Virus record (IMG/VR): IMGVR_UViG_3300020202_000067
Span: 1-17,334 of that record
Length of the DNA stretch: 17,334 bases
Reading direction: 5' to 3' (one strand)
Origin: a virus
Taxonomy: Duplodnaviria; Heunggongvirae; Uroviricota; Caudoviricetes
The position numbers and the translations under genes are program-made. Below are positions 1-6,960 of the stretch, piece after piece; positions within the stretch are counted from its first letter, which is position 1, and each line of letters starts with the position of its first letter. Under the pieces are notes generated by a model. It saw only the letters and a program-made list of their open reading frames with translations, ran no database searches and was not told the origin of the DNA.

Positions 1-67
1 CCTACACCTTTCATAATATAAATCTTTTCCAGTTCTTTCATAACTAAAGAGGAGGTGGAGAAGTGGA

Positions 68-253
68 ATGAAACGCGTGATACTCAGAAGGCCTAAGAAC
101 AAGAGTGAAAAATTCTATCGGGCATGGCTCAAAATTGTGGGCGAACACCACAAGAAGCACAAGCCGCTTCGTGGGGTTTATCGACAGAGAACACCCAATA
201 ATGTTTTCTTTCCGAAGAAGACACCGAAAGGAAGTTCAAATGGGCATGGGTGA
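68..253 (+). CDS. Hypothetical basic protein, 61 aa
   Basis: Strong SD-like GAGGAGGTGGAG at 49-60 before ATG 68; Lys/Arg-rich; no recognisable domain. Confidence 0.55.
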   Translation: MKRVILRRPKNKSEKFYRAWLKIVGEHHKKHKPLRGVYRQRTPNNVFFPKKTPKGSSNGHG

Positions 254-449
254 TGTGATTGGACTTGATCTGCACGAGCGGATGACGCCCAAAGAAGCGA
301 CAGGCGCGGCCGCGCGTCAGGAATGGGAGAAGGTCATGGTGCTCGGGTGGCAGGACGGGAGACTCGTGGTCGTTCCTTCAGCAATGACGCGGGAGGAGGC
401 GCTGTTCTTGCTCGAACATGCGAAGTTATATGTGTTGGAGGTTAAATGA
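240..449 (+). CDS. Hypothetical protein, about 69 aa (MGMGDVIGLDLHERM...)
   Basis: Start re-placed at ATG 240 (or 246) after AAGGAAG; stop overlaps the next ATG (ATGA at 446-449). Confidence 0.65.
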   Translation: MGMGDVIGLDLHERMTPKEATGAAARQEWEKVMVLGWQDGRLVVVPSAMTREEALFLLEHAKLYVLEVK

Positions 450-1081
450 TGAAGACCAAGGCAACGATAGCGAATGCGATGTTGGTGGCGGACAGGGAGA
501 ACCTTGTGCGCGGGGAAAATGAAAGCGAAGTGGAGTTCATCAGGCGTCTCGGCCGCGCGCTCGAGATGGCCGATGAGGAGCTTAACACCGGCGTCATCAA
601 GGAACGGAAACAAGTGATCATCGGCAACCGCACGGACCTGGGCGGACTGCTGGCGCAGATTGGTACCTGGCCGCCTGGAGCTGAACAGGTTGCAGAGCAT
701 TTCACTGCCGTGCAATACGCGCTCGATGAAGGGCTGATCGTGGTGCGTAAGCACTATGACGCGGCGCACCCTGATGGGGCGAATGCTTTCGAGGTCACTG
801 ATGCAGGTCTTGATAAATTGAAAGAGCTGCATGGGGACGAGATGGCGCAGGAGGCCTCACGCATCCGCGAGTTTCACCGCAATGAATCAACGCAAGAGGC
901 ATTCGAAGAAGCGCGCCGCGTTGTACAACGCATGCGCCGTGAGCAATTGGCTGGTGATGCCGCTTTCATTGAGCGCGTGCAGGAGGCGATCGGGTTGAAG
1001 AGCAAGAAGGAAGCGCGTGAATATGTGCTTGATGAAACAAAGGCGCTGGAGGAAATTGAAGCTCTCAGAGGTGTTGGATGA
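446..1081 (+). CDS. Hypothetical protein, 211 aa, with a possible winged-helix-like segment
   Basis: ATGA-coupled at both ends; segment ALDEGLIVVRK...FEVTDAGLDKLKEL resembles a wHTH wing followed by a helix. Confidence 0.75.
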   Translation: MMKTKATIANAMLVADRENLVRGENESEVEFIRRLGRALEMADEELNTGVIKERKQVIIGNRTDLGGLLAQIGTWPPGAEQVAEHFTAVQYALDEGLIVVRKHYDAAHPDGANAFEVTDAGLDKLKELHGDEMAQEASRIREFHRNESTQEAFEEARRVVQRMRREQLAGDAAFIERVQEAIGLKSKKEAREYVLDETKALEEIEALRGVG

Positions 1082-1398
1082 AAATTATCTCCTGCAACTG
1101 CTTCATGGGTCATAAGGGCATGGACTGGTGTTCGCGGTGCGACGGGACGGGGAGCTTAGTGCTGGCCGCCGCTGGCGGTCTGCATCGGACCCTCCCGAAC
1201 ACCAAGGAGGGCTACACCTGGGCTCTGGTAGAGCGAGCACGGTTGCGGGCTAAGGCTGCAAGAGCCTTGGTCCGTGTGGAACGGTGGATCGCTGAATGGA
1301 AGGAGACCGCTGATCGAGTGGAATGGACTGATGATGAACGGCAAATGTTGGATGACATCTTGGAAAAGATCAAGGAGGAGCGGGATGCGCAAGCCTGA
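1078..1398 (+). CDS. Hypothetical protein with an N-terminal Zn-finger-like Cys cluster, 106 aa
   Basis: CNC...CSRCDGTG (CxxCxGxG, DnaJ-type repeat) followed by a helical/coiled C-terminus; ATGA overlap. Confidence 0.7.
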   Translation: MKIISCNCFMGHKGMDWCSRCDGTGSLVLAAAGGLHRTLPNTKEGYTWALVERARLRAKAARALVRVERWIAEWKETADRVEWTDDERQMLDDILEKIKEERDAQA

Positions 1399-1633
1399 GG
1401 ATGTGTTCAAGTTGGATGACTTCAAGGCGTGGGTGGCGGAACAGTCTGAGGATCGTGCGTACGACTACACCGACCCGCATCAATGCGCCTTGGCTTTCTA
1501 CCTACAAGCGCGTGGCGTGCCGGAATATATGAGTTGCGTGGACGGCTGGACCTTTGGCTCTGATGTGCACAAGGCAGTGTCGGCGATGCCTAACACGTTT
1601 GGCGCGTTGAAGGGGAGGTTGGCACATGTCTGA
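1385..1633 (+). CDS. Hypothetical protein, 82 aa (MRKPEDVFKLDDF...)
   Basis: SD AAGGAGGAG directly upstream of ATG 1385; overlaps both neighbours. Confidence 0.7.
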   Translation: MRKPEDVFKLDDFKAWVAEQSEDRAYDYTDPHQCALAFYLQARGVPEYMSCVDGWTFGSDVHKAVSAMPNTFGALKGRLAHV

Positions 1634-1823
1634 AGTTCAATTTCGCAACGCATGCGGCATCATGGGTCGAGTGTCCGCCGACGCCGATGACATCGTATGG
1701 GTCAATGACAGCCCGGTCACATTGCTGATCACGGAGGTCTGCTTCGTGAGTGAGGACGCAACGCTTTCATGGCCTACCAGCTACAGAGTTCGCCCAGGTG
1801 AAAGTCTGGTGGTGGTGAGATGA
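1626..1823 (+). CDS. Hypothetical protein, 65 aa
   Basis: SD GGGGAGG upstream; fills the gap and ends in an ATGA overlap with the next gene. Confidence 0.6.
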   Translation: MSEVQFRNACGIMGRVSADADDIVWVNDSPVTLLITEVCFVSEDATLSWPTSYRVRPGESLVVVR

Positions 1824-2149
1824 AGCTCTCTGACGCACAGTACGAGATCATGGAGGCAATGGTCGAGGGCCATGCTCCTTGCCTCCATTGGTATGGCGGG
1901 CCGCCCGGGGCTGAAGGCAAAGGGGCGGGCTATTATTGGCGACAATGGGTGGACCGCGGCAAGCCCAAGCCGAAGACTGATACGCGCTCTGTGGACGGCT
2001 TGCTCAGGCGCGATCTGATCGTTGGCATAGGTGACGGAGACTACGGGCCGACGGAGCGTGGGCGTGAGTTGTTCTATGTGGTGAGGGAGAAGCGCTGGAG
2101 GATGCGCCATAATGCTGATCGACGAGCTCAATCCAAAAAGCGACCGTGA
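1820..2149 (+). CDS. Hypothetical protein, winged-helix-like, 109 aa
   Basis: LSDAQYEIMEAM...RSVDGLLRRDLIV...YGPTERGRELF matches the pattern of wHTH recognition helix plus wing. Confidence 0.7.
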   Translation: MKLSDAQYEIMEAMVEGHAPCLHWYGGPPGAEGKGAGYYWRQWVDRGKPKPKTDTRSVDGLLRRDLIVGIGDGDYGPTERGRELFYVVREKRWRMRHNADRRAQSKKRP

Positions 2150-2378
2150 TGCGGCGTTGCTAGTGTTGATGGAGCTCCAGGGCGACGGTGGATATACGCT
2201 AGGGCGACGGATCATAGAGGAGCTGCAAAGAGCGCGGGTCCCAATCCCCAGGAGGAAGTTGCCATCGCTCCTGCGCCCATTCGCTTCACGCTCTGGGCAC
2301 GGCCTGAAGTCCTCCTACCGACTCACGCCGGCCGGGCGAGAGGAAGCGCTGCGCGCTGTTGAACGTGCAAGAAACTAG
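2112..2378 (+). CDS. Putative winged-helix DNA-binding protein, 88 aa
   Basis: AALLVLMEL...GRRIIEEL...LPSLLR...YRLTPAGREEAL; the YxLTxxG wing motif is typical of PadR/MarR-like wHTH. Confidence 0.65.
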   Translation: MLIDELNPKSDRDAALLVLMELQGDGGYTLGRRIIEELQRARVPIPRRKLPSLLRPFASRSGHGLKSSYRLTPAGREEALRAVERARN

Positions 2379-2925
2379 CACGGGAAAACACGTGCAAAGT
2401 GTTGGGGTCCGTGGGCCTTGGTTCTTGTGGCTTTGGAATGACCTTCCGCAGGGGAAGGTGTGATCTTGCGTCGATCCAACACGAAATTCTGATTCATTAA
2501 ACATAAAATATTCCATGGTTTTAAGTGGTTTTCCCGACACTTAGCATTTTGTGTTTGATTCCACTTAGCCGGACGAGGTCATTTTTACGGGCTGAAATCG
2601 CACGCCACCGGTAAGCCGCTGGAATTTCACGATAAAAAATTCTCCTTATATAACAACGGACGTAATGTGTGTTTTAGTGAACACATTCCGGATTTGCAAC
2701 GTCATAGACAAATTCTCCTTATATTTCATCGAAACCAAATACCAAAAATTGACCCTTCTAAGAACTCATAGAGAAAAGAGAGTTAAAAGAATTAATAGGG
2801 TAGAAGTGGAAATTTCCAATTTTTTGGAGTTTGGTTTTAAGTCATTATGCGATGCGAATTTTTAGGCTTTCCTTGGGAACTTTTTTCAGCCATAGTTGTT
2901 GTGGGTCGATCGTGGGGGAGCATGA
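2379..2925. other. AT-rich non-coding control region (promoter, origin or packaging-site candidate)
   Basis: About 550 bp with no convincing long ORF. Lines counted by hand at 2701-2820 are about 30-32% GC against clearly GC-rich flanks. Contains a direct repeat and palindromes. Confidence 0.7.
2637..2724 (+). repeat. Perfect 15-bp direct repeat AAATTCTCCTTATAT (2637-2651 and 2710-2724)
   Basis: Read directly; the copies start 73 bp apart and enclose an inverted repeat AATGTGT/ACACATT (2664-2670/2681-2687). Confidence 0.9.
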
Positions 2926-3423
2926 ATGACCAGAGATTGGGGCGTAGCGATGACTCTGCCACTGAGCGAGCGTCTGGCGTTACGTCATCTCGAGAACCAA
3001 GGCTTCATTTGTTATTTACCACGACTTGTTGAGTATGTCGTGGTTCGCGGAAAGCGCGTGGCGCGGGAGCAGGTCATGTTCTCGCGCTATTTGTTTGTGC
3101 AGATCGCCGGGCGATGGCGTTCCATTCTCGGCACACGTGGAGTGAAGTCGCTTGTGATGATTGGAGAGCAACCTGCTCTCATCGATGAAAAGATCATCGA
3201 GGACATTCGCAAGCAAGAGCGTGAAGACGGCCTCATTAAGCTCCCGCCTCGTCCATCCAAGTTCTTTCCGGGCCAGCACGTGCGTGTTGAGTCAGGACTG
3301 TTTGCGGGTGAAACGGGGATTTATGAAGGCATGACCTCGCAGCAACGCGAGGTCGTTTTGTTGTCGATGCTCGGGCGCAAGGTCCGGGCAACAATTGCAG
3401 CGGAAGATCTGTCAGCGCGCTGA
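2926..3423 (+). CDS. rfaH: RfaH-like NusG-family transcription antiterminator (NGN + KOW), 165 aa
   Basis: NGN domain W...HLENQGFICYLP...VRGKR...MFSRYLFV...GTRGVKSLV and KOW domain FFPGQHVRVESGLFAGETG. HLExQ, VRGKR and TRGV match E. coli RfaH as I recall its sequence. SD GGGGGAG at 2914-2920. Confidence 0.9.
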   Translation: MTRDWGVAMTLPLSERLALRHLENQGFICYLPRLVEYVVVRGKRVAREQVMFSRYLFVQIAGRWRSILGTRGVKSLVMIGEQPALIDEKIIEDIRKQEREDGLIKLPPRPSKFFPGQHVRVESGLFAGETGIYEGMTSQQREVVLLSMLGRKVRATIAAEDLSAR

Positions 3424-3511
3424 AGTTTTCCTTCGGACGCTGGCCCCTACAGATCCATTCCTGTCTGCGGCCCAAGCTCTTGTGCACGCCGTGGTGCGTG
3501 TCAAGGGTGGC

Positions 3512-3523
3512 GGCGGTAGCATG
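3512..3523 (+). promoter_or_regulatory. ops element (RfaH recruitment pause site) GGCGGTAGCATG
   Basis: Exact match to the consensus GGCGGTAGnnTG. It lies 88 nt after the rfaH-like stop and 28 nt before the terS ATG, and is preceded by CAAGGG as in JUMPstart elements. Confidence 0.85.
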
Positions 3524-3551
3524 TTCACTTGACTTTTGCAAGATTACCAAG

Positions 3552-3932
3552 ATGGCAAAGAAGACACAGACGAAGAAGCAAGGCAAGCCGAAAGGCTCTT
3601 GGGGCGGTCCGCGCCCCAACTCCGGGCGCAAGCCTGGTCTGCCTGACATCGCGCCGCTCGCTGATCGCCAGCACATTGCTGAACTCGCGCGCCAACACGC
3701 GCATACTGCAATTCAAACATTGCTTGAAATCTGTTTGAACGGCGAGAGCGAAGCGGCGCGTGTCACGGCTGCAGTCAACATTCTTGATCGCGGCTTCGGC
3801 AAGCCGCCGCAGCAGGTGGAACTCGCGAACAAGGACGGCGAGCCGTTCAAGATCCAACAGGCCTTCGATAGCTTCCTCGGCGTGCTGAACAACATCGCGC
3901 AGCAGAAGGCCGACAAACCGGTGGCGCATTGA
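3552..3932 (+). CDS. terS: Terminase small subunit, 126 aa
   Basis: Basic N-terminus with GGPRPNSGRKPG, then ELARQHAHTAIQTL and AARVTAAVNILDRGFGKP...VEL, typical of small terminases; lies upstream of terL. No obvious SD. Confidence 0.8.
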   Translation: MAKKTQTKKQGKPKGSWGGPRPNSGRKPGLPDIAPLADRQHIAELARQHAHTAIQTLLEICLNGESEAARVTAAVNILDRGFGKPPQQVELANKDGEPFKIQQAFDSFLGVLNNIAQQKADKPVAH

Positions 3933-3933
3933 A

Positions 3934-4080
3934 ATGGCTACGGCCACCTTCAACGAGAAGGCGCTGCGCGACGAACGCAATCTGCTCAATGCGCGCAAGT
4001 TCGCCGGACCATGGACCAAGGATGATGAGGTGCGCTTGCGCTGGCTCAACTGGCAGCTTGACCAGGAGAAGAAATCGTGA
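3934..4080 (+). CDS. Hypothetical protein, 48 aa (MATATFNEKALRDERNLLNARKFAGPWTKDDEVRLRWLNWQLDQEKKS)
   Basis: Translated by hand (below the ORF-track cutoff); starts 1 nt after the terS stop and ends in a GTGA overlap. Confidence 0.65.
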   Translation: MATATFNEKALRDERNLLNARKFAGPWTKDDEVRLRWLNWQLDQEKKS

Positions 4081-4268
4081 CCACCACATGCTATGTCGAT
4101 TGCATCTTGCCGCATGCCGCGAAGCTTTCTGATGGTCACGTCATGCCTGCATTCGCAACGTTGATGTGCAACCTTGAAACATTGCGCTATCACGATTGCT
4201 ATCAGCGCGGTGATGGCATGTGGGTGCACACCTGGCACGCGGAGAGATGTGATGGCCAAGGCAAATAA
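4077..4268 (+). CDS. Hypothetical Cys/His-rich protein, 63 aa
   Basis: GTG start overlapping the previous stop; 5 Cys and 5 His. Confidence 0.5.
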   Translation: MTTTCYVDCILPHAAKLSDGHVMPAFATLMCNLETLRYHDCYQRGDGMWVHTWHAERCDGQGK

Positions 4269-4440
4269 GTTCGTCGTGGCGATCGTCTTTGAGACCAACA
4301 AGCCGGTGCTGAAGCGTCAGGTGCGCGGATTGATCGAAGGAATGCTTGGCACGATCGAGGCAGCAGAGATCGAGGACGGCCTCACAGGTGAAAAGTTCCA
4401 CGTCAATCGTGCGAGCGTCCGCTCGATGGAGATTGATTGA
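4252..4440 (+). CDS. Hypothetical protein, 62 aa (MAKANKFVVAIVF...)
   Basis: ATG 4252 after GGAGAG; TGATG coupling to the next ORF. Confidence 0.65.
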   Translation: MAKANKFVVAIVFETNKPVLKRQVRGLIEGMLGTIEAAEIEDGLTGEKFHVNRASVRSMEID

Positions 4441-4586
4441 TGTCGTTCGAAGCCGCTCTGTTCAAGGTTGCTGCTGACACGCAAGCAATCCGTCGCGTCG
4501 TGTCACGCTTGACTCGGGAAGAGTTGGCGCGGCTCTATGTGGTTCTCCCGCAGCCCAAGCTGCGCGAGGTGCCGCGCGATGCTTGA
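4440..4586 (+). CDS. Hypothetical protein, 48 aa (MSFEAALFKVAADTQAIRRVVSRLTREELARLYVVLPQPKLREVPRDA)
   Basis: Translated by hand; TGATG overlap at the start and overlap with the next ATG at the end. Confidence 0.6.
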   Translation: MSFEAALFKVAADTQAIRRVVSRLTREELARLYVVLPQPKLREVPRDA

Positions 4587-4800
4587 TGAATTCGGAATGA
4601 CGTTGCTTTCCAAGCACCTCCGCACTGCGGCGGAAGGTCTGCGCTCTGGCAAGATCCGTCTTACGCTTAAAGAGGGCGAAGCCTCTCCTGCCGTAAAGCA
4701 ATGGTTCAAGGACATCGAGACTAAGTTGGCCGAGGACCTCGAACAGCGCGCCGCGATGTATGAGCGCATGACCATCGATTGTGACGGGGCGGCGAGGTGA
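4579..4800 (+). CDS. Hypothetical helical protein, 73 aa (MLDEFGMTLL...)
   Basis: ATG 4579 after GAGGTG; coupled to its neighbours. Confidence 0.65.
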   Translation: MLDEFGMTLLSKHLRTAAEGLRSGKIRLTLKEGEASPAVKQWFKDIETKLAEDLEQRAAMYERMTIDCDGAAR

Positions 4801-4907
4801 TGTTCTCAGCTCGCTCGTTTCTGATTGGTGCCGCGCTTGCCTTTTGTGGTGGCGCGCTTTCAGTCGTAGGGCTTTTTCATTTCACCTTGACGCAGGTGTT
4901 GAAATGA
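4800..4907 (+). CDS. Small hydrophobic (single-TM or signal-like) protein, 35 aa (MFSARSFLIGAALAFCGGALSVVGLFHFTLTQVLK)
   Basis: Translated by hand; TGATG overlap at the start and ATGA overlap at the end exactly fill the gap. Confidence 0.6.
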   Translation: MFSARSFLIGAALAFCGGALSVVGLFHFTLTQVLK

Positions 4908-5149
4908 AGATCAACGTTGTTAGCAAAACTCCGCCCTGGGTCGCTGCCTACAAGGCCATGGACTTTGGTCAGCTCAACGAGGAGCTGGAGCGGCTGTTCC
5001 AGAACCATGCGTCCTTTTCCGTGCATGAATACATTGCGCGCATCAATTTCGTGCATGCTGAAATGGAGCTGAAGAAGCGGCGCTGGGCCTATGATGCATA
5101 CGACAAGGAGCGTCGGTTGATTGACGCTGGAACCTGGAGCGGTTGTTGA
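4904..5149 (+). CDS. Hypothetical protein, 81 aa (MKINVVSKTPPW...)
   Basis: ATG 4904 in an ATGA overlap; stop overlaps the terL TTG start. Confidence 0.65.
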   Translation: MKINVVSKTPPWVAAYKAMDFGQLNEELERLFQNHASFSVHEYIARINFVHAEMELKKRRWAYDAYDKERRLIDAGTWSGC

Positions 5150-6480
5150 TCAACATCGACCCAGCCAAGTTTGCAGCCTGCGAGCCGTGGCAGCGTGATG
5201 CCATCATCGCACGCACGGCTTGGCTGGAAAAGGCGCGGCCCAAGCAGATCACGCCGCCCGGCGATTGGACCCAGTGGTTCCTTATGGGCGGTCGAGGCGT
5301 GGGTAAGACGCGTACCGGCGCTGAGGACATGGGCTGGTGGGCCCTCTCCAACCCCGGCTCACGGCTCGCCATAGTTGCGCCCACGGCTGCTGACGCACGC
5401 GACACCTGCGTGGAAGGCGTTTCCGGTCTCATCAACACGCTGCCAAGCTCAGCCGTGCGTGCATGGAACCGCTCGCTGGGCGAGCTGGTGCTGGTCAATG
5501 ACTCAAGGTTCAAGTGCTTCTCATCCGAGGAGCCGGATCGCCTGCGTGGCCCGCAGCATCATCGCGTGTGGTGTGACGAGTTGGGCGCTTGGCGCTATGA
5601 CGAGGACACCTGGGACAATATGATCTTCGGCCTGCGCTTGGGCACGTTGCCGCAGGTGCTCATTACGACGACGCCAAGGCCGACCGCTTTGATCCGGCGC
5701 ATTCTCAAGGATCCGAAGACGATCAAGACGACTGAGTCAACCTTCGCCAATGAGGCGAACCTAGCGCCGTCCGTGATGAAGGCGTTCCGTGACCGCTACA
5801 TGGGCACGCGCCTCGGCCGCCAGGAGCTTGAAGCGGAACTGCTCGATGATGCACCAGGAGCACTCTGGCGTCGCGCCCAGCTCGATGACACACGCGTCAA
5901 GGAAGGCGACAAGCTTCCCGACATGCAGCGCGTTGTTGTTGCCGTGGATCCGGCGGTCGCTGACGCAGAACTTCTCAAGGAAGGCAATGCTGAGACCGGC
6001 ATCATTGTCGCAGGTCTTGGTATTGATGGTCGCGGTTACGTGCTCAGCGATCTCTCTTGCCGTGTCTCTCCGGATGCATGGGCACGCCGAGCGATTAGCG
6101 GCGTCGATCTCTACGATGGTGACGCTGTCGTGGCTGAGACCAACCAAGGCGGAGAGCTTGTCAAGCAGACCATTCGCGCCGTTCGTCCTACAATCAAGGT
6201 CATTGGCGTTCATGCCTCTCGCGGCAAGGTCACCCGTGCCGAACCAATCTCCGCCTTGTATGAGCAAGGTCGTATATCGCATGTCGGCTCTTTCCCGCAA
6301 CTGGAAGACCAGATGGTGGCATTCACTTCCGCTGGCATTGTGGGAGGTACAACGGGAGATCGAGTTGATGCTCTCGTCTGGGCGTTCACGGAATTGTTCC
6401 CCAAGATGACGCGCAAGGGGGATGCAATCAAGAACCTTAAAGCAATTGGCGTCAAAGAATATCAACCACACAATTGGTGA
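5143..6480 (+). CDS. terL: Terminase large subunit (Terminase_6-type ATPase + RNase H-like nuclease), about 445 aa
   Basis: Walker A GGRGVGKT, Walker B VWCDE, coupling motif ITTTPR, nuclease VAVDPA and C-terminal DRVDAL. TTG start at 5143 or 5146. Confidence 0.95.
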   Translation: MLINIDPAKFAACEPWQRDAIIARTAWLEKARPKQITPPGDWTQWFLMGGRGVGKTRTGAEDMGWWALSNPGSRLAIVAPTAADARDTCVEGVSGLINTLPSSAVRAWNRSLGELVLVNDSRFKCFSSEEPDRLRGPQHHRVWCDELGAWRYDEDTWDNMIFGLRLGTLPQVLITTTPRPTALIRRILKDPKTIKTTESTFANEANLAPSVMKAFRDRYMGTRLGRQELEAELLDDAPGALWRRAQLDDTRVKEGDKLPDMQRVVVAVDPAVADAELLKEGNAETGIIVAGLGIDGRGYVLSDLSCRVSPDAWARRAISGVDLYDGDAVVAETNQGGELVKQTIRAVRPTIKVIGVHASRGKVTRAEPISALYEQGRISHVGSFPQLEDQMVAFTSAGIVGGTTGDRVDALVWAFTELFPKMTRKGDAIKNLKAIGVKEYQPHNW

Positions 6481-6488
6481 GGAACGCG

Positions 6489-6782
6489 ATGCAAGAGAGT
6501 TACAACAAGACTTTTCCGCCAACCCATGTTGAAGCTGCTCGTTCGTCAGGCTTGCTGACGCGTCAGGAAGAGAATGTCAAGATGCTCGGAGAGCTTGCCA
6601 ACTTGATCGAGAATTTCTCGATGCGGTTGTTAGGCACTTCGACATTCGACCCGCCAACTGTTTCGACTGGTGGGCCGCAAGGCTCGGGTCCCGCATCCCT
6701 CCCGACACTGACTGAGAAGACTGGGACGCATATTCGCGAGTGCATGATCGCCATGACGCGACTGCAAGACGCGATCTCTTGA
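6489..6782 (+). CDS. Hypothetical protein, 97 aa
   Basis: ATG 6489 after GAGGA; no recognisable domain. Confidence 0.6.
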   Translation: MQESYNKTFPPTHVEAARSSGLLTRQEENVKMLGELANLIENFSMRLLGTSTFDPPTVSTGGPQGSGPASLPTLTEKTGTHIRECMIAMTRLQDAIS

Positions 6783-6795
6783 AGGAGTGAAGACA

Positions 6796-6870
6796 ATGCC
6801 GAAAGGTGGAAAAGGCGGTAAGGGCGGTAAGGGTAAGCCTGCGGGCAAGCCGCCGAAGAAGGCTTACTGA
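6796..6870 (+). CDS. Lys/Gly-rich micro-protein, 24 aa (MPKGGKGGKGGKGKPAGKPPKKAY)
   Basis: Strong SD AAGGAG at 6782-6787, 8 nt before the ATG; translated by hand. Confidence 0.6.
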   Translation: MPKGGKGGKGGKGKPAGKPPKKAY

Positions 6871-6949
6871 TCGAGGCGCGCTAGACCCCGTCGCGCGTCT
6901 CAGGGCTGTCGGTGTTGCAGGGACCGGCATCGACAGCCCACCTCCTCGA
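6871..6949 (+). other. Structured intergenic RNA element (nested hairpins)
   Basis: TCGAGG/CCTCGA (6871-6876/6944-6949) encloses CGCGC/GCGCG and a 14-bp stem GGGCTGTCGGTGTT/GGCATCGACAGCCC (9 Watson-Crick bp at the base, G-U wobbles above). No U-tract. Confidence 0.5.
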
Positions 6950-6960
6950 AAGGATGATGG

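Noticed and set aside
2866-2886. Possible intrinsic terminator TTCC-TTG-GGAA followed by T6
   Set aside because: The stem is only 4 bp, too weak to call.
2665-3032. ORFs 2665-2865 and 2847-3032 in the AT-rich region
   Set aside because: The first has no SD and atypical composition. The second overlaps the rfaH-like gene out of frame. Neither has recognisable motifs.
3529-3557. TTGACT as a -35 box for a late promoter
   Set aside because: There is no -10 element at 16-18 nt spacing, and it lies downstream of ops, where it could not feed the pause site.
3525-4301. 258-aa minus-strand ORF (likewise 317-832, 5761-6522, 10042-10776 and 12964-13446)
   Set aside because: Each fully overlaps well-supported + strand genes; such shadows are expected in GC-rich coding DNA.
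6814-6830. Two ops-like GGCGGTAA octamers
   Set aside because: They mismatch the conserved G at position 8, lack the TG, and are explained by Gly-Gly-Lys codons of the micro-ORF.
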